The notes below the pieces were generated by a model. The model worked only from the letters and a program-made list of their open reading frames with translations, was not told the DNA's origin and ran no database searches. A stretch of 64,000 nt of DNA from Nematocida ausubeli (lineage: Eukaryota). The stretch is from positions 62,001 to 126,000 of the forward strand of contig NW_026515636.1 in NCBI RefSeq assembly GCF_000738915.1, written 5' to 3'. Below, one piece after another: positions 10,137-20,312 of this stretch. The position numbers and the translations under genes are program-made. Every line of letters starts with the position of its first letter. Positions within the stretch are counted from its first letter, which is position 1.

Positions 10137-11666
10137 ATGGACCATGGATACAAGAATAGTGGGCGCGGGGCTAGATCAGAAAGGGAAACCCGAACTAGCA
10201 ACGCCATAGAACTAAGGACCCAGAAAAGGGATGGCATGCTGCAGAAAAAGCGATCGCTGATATCTGCAGGGGAGGAAAGCACTAGCAAGATTAACATACT
10301 TGTGGAGCAGGTAAACTCGAAGGACCCAAATGACATTATTAAGGGTGTAACCGAATTTAGACGGCTTCTAAGCGCAGCCAAATGCCCTCCAATTGACACT
10401 GTAGTAATGAATGGCCTTACGCCTATTTTTTCAAAGCTAATAAACCCAGACAACCCAATATACACAACAATGCCTGAAGATCTCGCTGTGCGAATTATGC
10501 ACGAGTCTGCGTGGGTGATCACAAACATTGCATCTGGAAACACAACCCAAACCATGGCAGCAGTCAAAGCCGGAGCACTTCCTAATCTGGTTAAGATGAT
10601 GTACATTGACAATCTCATGCTCCAGGATCAGGCAATATGGGGTATTAGCAATATTGCAGGGGACTGCGAGGTAGCAAGAGACTTTGCCATTTCTGCAAAT
10701 GCGGCTGATCCTATGGTATACATAATAAACAAGGAGATGGAGAAAGAAGAGCTCAACATTCCTCTTCTGCGAAACCTCGCCTGGGCACTCAGCAATATGA
10801 ATAGAGGGCGAAACCCCCCTCCGTACATATCCCACACAGAGAAGTGCCTTCCTGCCATAATTAAGCTGGTTGGTATAGATGATACTGATATCATGGTCGA
10901 TGCATACTGGGCACTAAGCTATATGTGCGATGCTGGAAAAAACCACGCAGATATGGTGATCTCCACTGGTATTGTGGCGGACTGTGCAGCTCGCTTGTCC
11001 GCATACTACACGGCCGCCATTCAGGGGGATACCATGCAGCTGCATATGAAAGAGCAGACGCTTTCTCCCATCATCCGTATACTAGGAAATATAGCAACGT
11101 ACGAAGATGAGCAGACAGACTATGTGCTTGGGCTGGGCATCCTAAGCACCCTAAAAGGGCTTTTCGCACTCCCCTTTGAGAATAGAAAGGCTGCTAGAGT
11201 GAAGAAGGAGATCTGCTGGCTTATCTCCAACATAACTGCAGGAACTCCTGAGCAGGTGGATGAAGTGATAAAGCACGGATTTTTGGAGGTGCTGGTCAAC
11301 GCAATGAAGACCGCTGACAATCTCGTTCGAACTGAGGCATGCTGGGCGATCTGCAATGCAACAATTCAGGTTGGCGAAGGAACTGATCACTCAAAGGAAA
11401 TAGGTGAAGCAGGCGCAATTATTGCATTCTCAAAGTTCCTTCCCAGTGTCATGAATGACACTAAGCTAGTTTCAGTTATTCTTGACGCGGTTAAAAGTCT
11501 TCTAAGCTGGGCTGAGTGCGAGTCTGTGGGTGGCGATAATATAATTGCAGCCCAGATTGAAAGCTGCGATTTGCTGGAGTACATTGAAGAGCTGCAGGCA
11601 GCAACTAACTACTCTATCGCAAGCAAAGCTGAAGATATTATTCGAAGCTACTTTGAAGGCCATTAA
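10137..11666 (+). CDS. SRP1: Importin subunit alpha (karyopherin alpha)
   Basis: IBB-like N-terminus (IELRTQKRDGMLQKKR) and ARM repeats (ESAWVITNIASG, QAIWGISNIAGD, KKEICWLISNITAG, EACWAICNA). Confidence 0.96.
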   Translation: MDHGYKNSGRGARSERETRTSNAIELRTQKRDGMLQKKRSLISAGEESTSKINILVEQVNSKDPNDIIKGVTEFRRLLSAAKCPPIDTVVMNGLTPIFSKLINPDNPIYTTMPEDLAVRIMHESAWVITNIASGNTTQTMAAVKAGALPNLVKMMYIDNLMLQDQAIWGISNIAGDCEVARDFAISANAADPMVYIINKEMEKEELNIPLLRNLAWALSNMNRGRNPPPYISHTEKCLPAIIKLVGIDDTDIMVDAYWALSYMCDAGKNHADMVISTGIVADCAARLSAYYTAAIQGDTMQLHMKEQTLSPIIRILGNIATYEDEQTDYVLGLGILSTLKGLFALPFENRKAARVKKEICWLISNITAGTPEQVDEVIKHGFLEVLVNAMKTADNLVRTEACWAICNATIQVGEGTDHSKEIGEAGAIIAFSKFLPSVMNDTKLVSVILDAVKSLLSWAECESVGGDNIIAAQIESCDLLEYIEELQAATNYSIASKAEDIIRSYFEGH

Positions 11667-11886
11667 TTAATAAATGTCTATTTCTTTATGGATATAACCA
11701 TTGACGCTGAGCATATGCATACGCACAGCCACTTTTTACCTCCCCTTCCCAGTGCAGTACATAGCATCTGGCTGGCAGGCCTCTTGGTGTATTGGAAAAT
11801 ATCTCTTTGGCGGGCACTTCTTTCCATTTCCACTGTCTAGAATATTTTTCATACTAAAGTGCCTTCACTTGAAACTTTTAAATTTT

Positions 11887-12498
11887 ATGGGAAAAAAACA
11901 GGACATACACACGTCAGTGCCTCGGCGAGCCAAGTGCGCAGTTAAACAAATACTTGATCAGGCGCTGCAAAAAAAAGGTGCCCAAAAGGAAGAAACCGAC
12001 TATTCATGGATCTCCGATGAGGTAAAGAAACTGCAAACGCCTGGAATGAGAAGAGACTTGCTTGCTTGTATGTTTAAGCGGATTAACAACTGGTATGAGA
12101 TGCAAATAGACAAAAACTGCAGCCTTCAAATAGGAATTTTTTATCTAAAGATAACATACTTTTTGTACACTCTCCAGTTTGACAGCTCAATCTTCCCGCT
12201 TTGCGAAGATGACACGCTTCTCAAGGTTGAAATGTCATATACCATTATTGAATCCCTTTCCGCTGAACCACTTCCGAAAGAAATGCAAGAGATTATCTCG
12301 TATCTTATCTACAAGAATGATCTCAGAATAGTTCTTAAGTGGAAAGAACACATGCATTTGGCAAATCCCGAAATACAGCAAATAGAAGAGAACATAAACA
12401 GCTGGTTTAATAGCTCTCCGTCAATTAATCAGGAAGCAATGCAAGAATACATGAAGCTAAAGCATGCATATTTGGTAATGCAGTCTCTACTGAAATAG
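11887..12498 (+). CDS. Hypothetical protein (about 203 aa)
   Basis: Long ORF. The first ATG, after an AATTTT tract, is at 11887; the ORF track begins at an upstream TTG. Confidence 0.7.
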   Translation: MGKKQDIHTSVPRRAKCAVKQILDQALQKKGAQKEETDYSWISDEVKKLQTPGMRRDLLACMFKRINNWYEMQIDKNCSLQIGIFYLKITYFLYTLQFDSSIFPLCEDDTLLKVEMSYTIIESLSAEPLPKEMQEIISYLIYKNDLRIVLKWKEHMHLANPEIQQIEENINSWFNSSPSINQEAMQEYMKLKHAYLVMQSLLK

Positions 12499-12902
12499 TA
12501 AAATATTTCCTATGCACAAAGAGCAGCCTAATCAAAATAATACATGTAATTGACTGTAACCGGTGCTTAGCTTCTCATCGTATGCTATGTGGTGTTTCAG
12601 CCAAACCTATTTAATACTCAGAAAATATCTGTCTGCATTACTTTCCCTGCAAGCCATAAATTCTGCTATAAACTAAAAGGCAAACTTTCATTAAGATAAA
12701 AGTATAGAGGGTATGCCTGCCTGCTAGTTTTTGCATTCTAGCGCTGGCTTATTGCGGAAGTAAAGTTTCTAGTGATTGGCTTTCAAGCGTGCTTTCTTTT
12801 CTGAGTAGCCTATACAATTGCAGATGGAAGACTAGCCAATAAAAAACTTTGAAGCTTGCCTCCAATGATAGGCTATATAGCTGGAGGATAGATACCCCCT
12901 TA

Positions 12903-13799
12903 ATGCAAGAATGCAAAAAGAATTTGGATATTATAAATAGCATATTGGAAGACTCAGGCGTGGTTCGATACAATGCTATGAAGAACAGATTTAGAAACGA
13001 AAGCACAGACTCGCAGACACTTCTCTGTCTGTATAGAAACACAGAGAAAGAGCACATGGAGGGAAGTGCCATAGACCTTTACAGGACCAATTTGCAGAAA
13101 CTTAGAAGAAAGATAGAGGAAAGAAGGCTCAAAATAACAGAAACTATCCGCAATGGGATTACCACAGAGGAGATGGAGGAGACTATTTCTGTTCGTAATG
13201 AGGAAGAAATTGTCACGATTAGCCCAAATGGAACAGCGACTCCCTTTGTCCCAGATAACTCTATTCCAAAATACACTCTTAATGTGGAAGATGTCAAATC
13301 GCCGGATGACTTTAAGTATGCAACTGTAGTGGGCACAATAGATGTTTTGATGGACAAGAAAAAGTATAAGTCTGAACTCAAGCTTGATGGAACAATCCTC
13401 GAAACTCGGATAGCAGATAAAAAGAAGGGGACTGAGACTGTTGTCAGCGTGGACATAACTCTTGCCAAGCTGTTTATTATAGCAAAGAGCAACAAGACAT
13501 TCCTAAGATGCATGCAAAAGCCCTCAAAGCACATCTATCTACACAAAGAGATAGATATAGTCAACATTACAAATGGTTCTCCTGCAGAGCTGATCTTAAA
13601 GAACATAAACATAGGCATGTTTATTAAAGAGAAGATAAAAACCTTTGAGTTTTTTGTACAAGATGTATATAACAGCAAGCTCTCCTATAAAACCTCCAAT
13701 CCAGATGAATTCCTTCGCTGGCTGCTGCTTATAAAGTCTAGAATGTATACGGTGGATAAATGGAGCAAGGATGAGCTCCTGCAGACCATCCGCAAGTGA
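12903..13799 (+). CDS. Hypothetical protein with a coiled coil and a probable C-terminal PH-like domain
   Basis: ATG at 12903 is preceded by a CCCCC motif. Beta-rich C-terminal half ends in a PH-type helix (YKTSNPDEFLRWLLLIK). Confidence 0.7.
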   Translation: MQECKKNLDIINSILEDSGVVRYNAMKNRFRNESTDSQTLLCLYRNTEKEHMEGSAIDLYRTNLQKLRRKIEERRLKITETIRNGITTEEMEETISVRNEEEIVTISPNGTATPFVPDNSIPKYTLNVEDVKSPDDFKYATVVGTIDVLMDKKKYKSELKLDGTILETRIADKKKGTETVVSVDITLAKLFIIAKSNKTFLRCMQKPSKHIYLHKEIDIVNITNGSPAELILKNINIGMFIKEKIKTFEFFVQDVYNSKLSYKTSNPDEFLRWLLLIKSRMYTVDKWSKDELLQTIRK

Positions 13800-14516
13800 T
13801 AACAAATAAACCAATAACTACACTGTATTTCTCTATTATATACCTTTTATTCAAACTACTCTTTTTTAGAAGTGCAAAAATAATATACTTCACATTACAT
13901 GTCTACAGTAAAAAATGTATATACGTAAATTCCACAGAAATGTGTTTAAAATATAAAAATAAAATACATACCTTTGTGTAAACAACTTGACTAATGCTTT
14001 ATTAAATGCCAAGTATTTGTGTACAGCATGCTCAATCCTATGTGTTAAATACTTGAAAAAGGTATACTATGCCTCTCTTACTACAACAATACGCTAAATA
14101 TATGCAATAGATTCGCTCTTTATGTAAAATTTTAGTGCATTATGTGCAGAACAGGCAAAAACCATAAAGATCAAAAAGACTCCTCTTTAATATCATAGAA
14201 ATGCTTTATTTGTTTTGCCTCTTTCTTGATACACGCCTGCAATTAAGGTTCTTCTAAAATGACTTTATATTAAAGACACTGTAACCTTAAGAATACTAAC
14301 TGCTATGTATTAAGGATGTTACACTCGACCCACTTCTCTATATAGCCAGAATCTGCTAAAATTTTTACTTTACTATTTTTATTCCTAGATGATAAGAATT
14401 GCAAAAAACTCTAAAATGTTTTGTCAGTGCATAGTTACATACACAATATACATGATATGTATGTAAACAGATTCGTATTCAAATATATAAATATTAAAAA
14501 GTTTTTTCAAGTTTAT

Positions 14517-16406
14517 ATGGGGTTACTGAAGGAGAGCAAAATTCTAACATGGGAAGAAACATCTGCACATTCATCAGAAATAAAAAGAAATGGAATAAGT
14601 CATTTTATTCAAGTATACAAAAAACAAGTTGCTCCCAAGGCAAAAGAGTTTCTTTGGGGTGAAGAGCTAGAGCAGCACCTTATAGTCAAGGTAAATGGGA
14701 ACTGGATTCTTCTGCTAGGTTCAGAACACCTTTTAGATAGCAGCACATGCACAAATACCATACTTCATCCTGAGTATGCAGGATACATGCTAGAAAGCAC
14801 ACCTGAGTTGCCCTATGCTCCAAACTTTAAAGAGCTTGCAACACTTGAGCAGACCATAGAAGGTCGAAGGCTCACCATTCTGCAAACGCTTCAAAGCAAA
14901 TTTGGAAAAGATGCGTCAATTTTATTTCTTCCATGCTTCCCTCTGCTTGGAACACCTCTGGCCTTTGGAACAGGAGGAATGAATGAGCACGCATGGATTT
15001 CTAAATGGAAGGATGCATTCAAGAATATGCAGCCTATATGCGAAACATCTTCTCCTATAGAGAGCAACATTGAAGGCACATTGCTTGAGCAGACGCTAAA
15101 TAAGGCAACCACCCCATCCTTTGACATAACACGCAGTGAGCATTATCCAGACTTTGCGATAACTCAACATAAGCGATTCTTTGGATTTAGTCGCAACATT
15201 ATAAAAAGGAAAAGATCCCCTATATACAAAGAGTTTCCCTTGGCGTGCATTGAAAGCACTGCTAATCATGCAGCACAAGACACTAGAAGCAGTGATCCCG
15301 CCGATTCAGTTGTAATTGATAGTATGGGCCAGGGCATGGGATGCGGATGCTTGCAAATTACCATGCAAAGTGAATCGCTTGAGGAGGCAAGAAGGCTGTA
15401 TGATAACATCGGTGCGATATGCCCATTGCTCCTCTTTCTTACCGCAGGCACCTCTATTGTTTCAGGAAAGCTTATTAAAAGCTCATCAAGGTGGGATATC
15501 ATAAGCGCATCTGTTGACTGCCGGCAAGACTCAGAGACAGAAATCAAAAAAAGTAGATACTCATCAATTGATCTATACACAGCAGAAATGCCTGAGGACT
15601 TAGAGAAGGTGTACAATGACATCTCTCCTCCTCTGGAAAAAACAGCTCTGGCGACTCTTCTACAGGAGGGAGTGGATAGCGCGATGGCAAAACACATAGC
15701 GTCTCTCTATATAAGAGACCCTGTTCTCTGCTATGAAGACTCGACAGAAATGGATGACTTTGAAAACATACAGAGCAGCAACTGGAGAAGCATGCGGCTG
15801 AAGCTTCCCAAGCTATCAAGCAATAGTCAAACCGGCTGGATGGTAGAGACCCGCCCTATGGAAATCCAGCCTACTTCTTTTGAGAATGCAGCCTACTCTG
15901 TACTGGTTGTTCTGTTCTCAAGGATGATGCTTTCACTGAATGCAAACTTTTATCTTCCAATTTCCAAGGTGGATGAAAACTTTGTGGCTGCCAACCAGCC
16001 AGGATCGATTTTAAGATGCCTGCAAGACTACATAGATGCAGAAACCACCCAAACATTCTGGTACAGAGAAAACATATTCTCCACCGGAATGCCTGTGGTT
16101 AAAAAAGGCACTATAAAAGAGATCTTCCTGGGCACAGAAGGATACATCGGAATACTTGGCGCAATAAAGAAGTATCTTAATGAGTATTCGCCTTCTATCA
16201 CCAGCTCTATTGCGCAATACCTTCAGTTTATTGAAGACAGAGTGCAAGGAAAAAAAACAAGCGTAGCTACATACATGCGAAGGTTTGTATCTGCACACCC
16301 TGCGTACAAGGGGGATTCTACTATATCGCAAGAAATATCAAACAACCTTATTGATAAGATTCTTGACATAACCAAGGCAAACAGCGCAGAATATTTAGCC
16401 ATATAA
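14517..16406 (+). CDS. GSH1: Glutamate-cysteine ligase catalytic subunit (gamma-glutamylcysteine synthetase, eukaryotic type)
   Basis: MGLL...LTWEE, FLWGEELE, HPEYAGYMLESTP, DSMGQGMGCGCLQITMQ, SRWDIISASVDCR, KSRYSSID, FENIQSSNW, GWMVETRPMEIQ. Confidence 0.95.
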   Translation: MGLLKESKILTWEETSAHSSEIKRNGISHFIQVYKKQVAPKAKEFLWGEELEQHLIVKVNGNWILLLGSEHLLDSSTCTNTILHPEYAGYMLESTPELPYAPNFKELATLEQTIEGRRLTILQTLQSKFGKDASILFLPCFPLLGTPLAFGTGGMNEHAWISKWKDAFKNMQPICETSSPIESNIEGTLLEQTLNKATTPSFDITRSEHYPDFAITQHKRFFGFSRNIIKRKRSPIYKEFPLACIESTANHAAQDTRSSDPADSVVIDSMGQGMGCGCLQITMQSESLEEARRLYDNIGAICPLLLFLTAGTSIVSGKLIKSSSRWDIISASVDCRQDSETEIKKSRYSSIDLYTAEMPEDLEKVYNDISPPLEKTALATLLQEGVDSAMAKHIASLYIRDPVLCYEDSTEMDDFENIQSSNWRSMRLKLPKLSSNSQTGWMVETRPMEIQPTSFENAAYSVLVVLFSRMMLSLNANFYLPISKVDENFVAANQPGSILRCLQDYIDAETTQTFWYRENIFSTGMPVVKKGTIKEIFLGTEGYIGILGAIKKYLNEYSPSITSSIAQYLQFIEDRVQGKKTSVATYMRRFVSAHPAYKGDSTISQEISNNLIDKILDITKANSAEYLAI

Positions 16407-16506
16407 ATAGTGCTGCTTAGCAATTAAATTAGACGATATAAATAAATCTATAGTTTAAACTGAATTTATTAAGAAGTGCAAATTGAAATGGGTCTTTTGC
16501 CTTTAA

Positions 16507-16785
16507 TTAATCCTGGATAAGCTCCTTTAATCTTTGGTTTTGCTGCTTTGCGGACTGTCCAGGAACAGTAACTACATTGTATGCGCCTCCTGCTACTACT
16601 ACATCGCAAGACTTGCATTTCCATATACCAACTACTTCTCTCTTAACGTTCTTTTTTCCGCAGAACTCGCATGTGTATTTTGCGTGCTGGGTGATTTCAG
16701 AGACCTTTACTCTCTTACGAAGAGACACTCCGTATCTCACACCGTACTTTCCAACAATTCCTACCTTCTTAGTCTTTTGAGTCAT
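16507..16785 (-). CDS. RPL37A: 60S ribosomal protein L37a/eL43
   Basis: [20 protein letters not shown], a CxxC...CxxC zinc ribbon and AGGAY. Confidence 0.97.
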   Translation of the reverse strand: MTQKTKKVGIVGKYGVRYGVSLRKRVKVSEITQHAKYTCEFCGKKNVKREVVGIWKCKSCDVVVAGGAYNVVTVPGQSAKQQNQRLKELIQD

Positions 16786-16810
16786 TCTGGGGCTATAAAA
16801 ATAAAAAAGT
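16786..16810 (-). promoter_or_regulatory. T-rich tract plus TAGCCCC motif just upstream of the RPL37A ATG
   Basis: Minus strand reads ...TTTTTATAGCCCCAGA-ATG, matching the CCC-type signal known near microsporidian start codons. Confidence 0.6.
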
Positions 16811-18301
16811 TTAAAAGCTTAGCTGCCTCCCACAGAAAATAAAAAAGCTAACCATTCGATAAATATCCAAAACATTGCAGGAATAAAGCCAAAATATCTT
16901 CTATAGGCCCTCAATACGTGTTTGGCCATATTTCCTTTTCTGCAGACATCTCAGAAGTTTTATTTTTTCTATATTTTTGTGAGGGAGATATAGTAAATAC
17001 TTCTTAAGTAGCTAATAAAGTTAGTGCCTCTATAATCCTAAAAACTGGCTTTTCTACACAAGATTTAGTTTTATGTCTGTATATATCTAAGTTTTGGTGT
17101 TTTTGCTTCTACTATCTATTACTCCATGTCTATTAAATTGGAGATTATCCTAAAATTAGATGTAAGCACGTCTTGTTTTCCTAGAAGGCTTTATTAGTCA
17201 CTACTATTTACTAATTGATTCCAGTGGCTTTGACTAAGCCAGCATATATGATATTCTATATGTATTAATGACATTGCGTACATATGATATATAACATTTT
17301 TGCTCTTAACTGTCTCTATAGCTGCAATGACAAAATAGTGATTTGTCTTAGGATTGGCATAAATATGTAATTTTTGAGCATCAAGATGCTTTAACTCTAC
17401 AAAGTACAAATCTGTATGATTCTAATTTATCTCTATGAAAAGAAGATTTGCTGTGTGCTATATAGAAAGACTAAGTATACAGTCTATATCATATTCTGTG
17501 TGTCTTAGTTTTCATGCATAGTAGCGGTGCGCGTATTTTAGTATGCAAAATGTTTTTGCTAATATTTTACTACCCTCTATACACATAGAAAAATATATAT
17601 GTAAAAAATAAACTCTTCTGTATTTCGTGTGTAAATATTAGATAGAAGGCTTATTTCCTCTAAAAAAAGACGAAAGCACAGGAAAATCAAAAAAACTGCA
17701 CAATTCAAAGACCCAGCCGAGCGCTGACACCACACAGAGGAGCTTAATACACAAAACAGGCTATGTATGCCCAGCACATAGAGAACACAACCAGAATGCC
17801 ACAGCAGCAATACTATAGGTTATACCAAAGGAAGAGTACACGTATAGCAGCATGTAAATACATTCATGTAAGCACACTATAAACAGCACGCTCTTGCTCC
17901 ACAGTCAACTTACAGCCACAGCAAATGAGTGCTTGTGCAATGATAAATCACTGCAGGCTATCCGGACTGTTTATGCATGGTGCAGCACAGTAGCATTATC
18001 ACAACACACACTCTTCTCTGTAGTAGTAAAGTATACAGGTAGAGGACAGAAGTAGAAAGCAGTGCGCAGAAATAAAATAAAAAAGGAGTAAATGCATGTG
18101 TCTTTATTGTTTTTTGTGTTGTTAATATACGCGTAGAGACAGTTCATTTAGAGGAGTTTAATAGGAGCTTAGGATATTCGGGCCTGTCTGCGGGGTTGTT
18201 TTATCTGTTTTGTGCAGGCAGGATGGGCTTATGCGTGTGCCAGGAATACTATGCGAAGAGTTTAAAGTGCTTCTTGCTAGGCCCAGGTTTCAGTGCGGCC
18301 C

Positions 18302-18396
18302 GTGATGAGTTTAACTTACCTTGATGAATTTAAGTTGTCCGAAGAGCTTAAGTTGTCTCGATGAAGTTAAAGGCACCTCGATGAGCTTAAGGTATC
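18302..18396. repeat. Degenerate non-coding tandem repeat, 5 units of 18-20 bp (GA[T/A]GA[G/A]NTTAA core)
   Basis: Cores at 18304, 18323, 18341, 18360 and 18380. Confidence 0.75.
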
Positions 18397-19199
18397 TGCC
18401 TGTGCGCGAGTGCACACAGAGGAGAACTAGCAAGTGATTCCTGTGTTTCCTTTGGAATATTTTTACAGATTTATGCTCTATTTATACTTATATTTTGGAA
18501 AATAGACCTTAATTTGCCCATTCTAGATGCCCCCCAATATTCCTAAAAGCGCGCATATACTTTTTAATATACAAGAAGACCCGCTCTAAAGTGAATATAG
18601 ACCTGTCTATGGGGGCTAGGCCCCCAATATGCCCGAGTAAGGGTAAATTGCGCAGGAATTGCGCAGCCTGGCTGTGTGCCTCACACACAGAGGGTATAGC
18701 GCAGAGCACAGATGCTATACTGTGTTATACAGTATATATTCGGTTAATGCAGTTGATTAGATTATGCTACATCTACATAAATATATATTTCTCTGCATAT
18801 TGTTTATATTTTACTACCTTCCCATATATTCTCACTATAAATGCAATAACTCTTAAAGGTATATGCTATTCGGCTTCTTAGCAAAGTGAACAATGCAAAG
18901 TAACTAAGAAAAAACTGCCAGGACTTTGATAGACTAGGCAAACAAACATATCTTTGATACATATGTAAAACAACAGAGAAAGGATGTATCTATTTGATTT
19001 ATCTATGCATTTATTATGTAAAGTTTCAGATGCTTAAGAACTATTCTTCTTATATAGTTTTATTCAAATTTTCACAAAATGTTTAGCATACTGTGCTTAA
19101 AAAGTCTTTTTAGTAAATATAGACTAGAAAAAACATTGCATAGTAAAACCAAGTTGCATTAGCAAAATATAAATTGCTAAAGACATAAGGAAAAGTATA

Positions 19200-19751
19200 A
19201 TGAGCTCAACTAGAAAAATTTACTTAAGTCTTCTAATAATATCAGGAATTAATGCCATGTTTTCACCACTCTGCATGCCAATGGCTTCTATGAATCCATG
19301 TGCACCTGCAGGCGGATCAATGCTTCCAGATTTATCTATGGGTAGCGGATTAGACACTGGAATTTCCCTAAACTGCCATCTGTCATCAAGTGGATCATCC
19401 ATGGGATCCATGGGCTCTATGGGATCTATGGGGTCTACTCTTTGTATGCCTCCGATGGCTCAACAAGGTGGTATGATTGGAGGATTTGATTCTGGATTCA
19501 ATGGAATGAGCTCTCAACCCTCATCTCCTCCTATGAGCGGAGTTCAGCTGGTGTGTAACTCTATTGGAATGCCAGATGCTAAGCAATTTGGTGGAATGGG
19601 CTCTACTATGGGCGGCTCTAGCTGGGGAAATGACTGCTATACTAAAGTTGGAAGTATATTCATGAATGGGTTCTCTGGCGGAAGCTCTAAACTTAATGAT
19701 ATCTGTTGTACAATGGCAACAGGCATGGGAGGAAATAAGCTTCTTCGATAG
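19200..19751 (+). CDS. Secreted Gly/Ser/Met/Cys-rich protein (possible spore-wall or structural protein)
   Basis: Signal peptide (IYLSLLIISGINA), an SMGSMGSMGSMGS repeat and 8 scattered Cys. Confidence 0.7.
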   Translation: MSSTRKIYLSLLIISGINAMFSPLCMPMASMNPCAPAGGSMLPDLSMGSGLDTGISLNCHLSSSGSSMGSMGSMGSMGSTLCMPPMAQQGGMIGGFDSGFNGMSSQPSSPPMSGVQLVCNSIGMPDAKQFGGMGSTMGGSSWGNDCYTKVGSIFMNGFSGGSSKLNDICCTMATGMGGNKLLR

Positions 19752-19791
19752 ATGGTAATAAATTAATTTTAGCCTATATATTTTTATTCGC

Positions 19792-19998
19792 ATGAACCGA
19801 GTTAGATTCTGCTTGCCTTTTGATATACAATGTCCATTCTGCAAGCACATTTGTCCAAGAGGAAAGAAGACAAACTGCACAAAGATTCAAAAAAATAGCA
19901 GCACACACAATTATTTTTTGTTACATTGGGACTGCACTAAGTGCAAGGGCCTTCTTTCTTTTAAATCCGCAGCACAGGGTGAGAGTACACGTGTATAA
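19792..19998 (+). CDS. YJU2: Yju2/Cwc16 (DUF572)-like zinc-binding mini-protein
   Basis: VRFCLPFDIQCPFC...GKKTNCTK...LHWDCTKC...LSFKS parallels the Yju2/CCDC130 pattern VRL.APF.MRC..C...GKKFNA.K...F..KC..C...I.FKT. Confidence 0.7.
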   Translation: MNRVRFCLPFDIQCPFCKHICPRGKKTNCTKIQKNSSTHNYFLLHWDCTKCKGLLSFKSAAQGESTRV

Positions 19999-20312
19999 AC
20001 TCTATGTAGACTCATATATATAATATATAAATAAGTCCTTACTATGATGTAGAAGCTATAATATAAATAATGGCGGTATCTACATTTCCAATATTCTTTA
20101 GGCTATCCAGCATATACTTTATAGATGGCCAGTTGTTTATAGCGCCTACAGAATTGGTTGAGTTCTTTAAATTGCATATTTTACATACTCTCTCATCGGG
20201 CTAAAAGAGAAAAGAGCTTATATAAATGCACTAAGCAGCCAAGACTACTATATGCGCTTTTGCTTAGCTTGACTAAAGAATTTTTATTTACTAAAACGCC
20301 CATGCTTCTTCT

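Noticed and set aside
17577..17810. 77-aa minus-strand ORF in the long intergenic region
   Set aside because: Non-ATG start, composition driven by the A/C-rich tract, and no recognisable motif.
18302..18400. Box C/D snoRNA (GTGATGA at 18302)
   Set aside because: No CTGA box D at a suitable distance; the TGATGA belongs to the tandem repeat.
19752..19772. ATG-GTAATA...TTTAG, an 18-nt intron-like string upstream of the Yju2-like ORF
   Set aside because: The spliced product is out of frame with the ORF, and the AATAAA is better explained as the poly(A) signal of the upstream gene.
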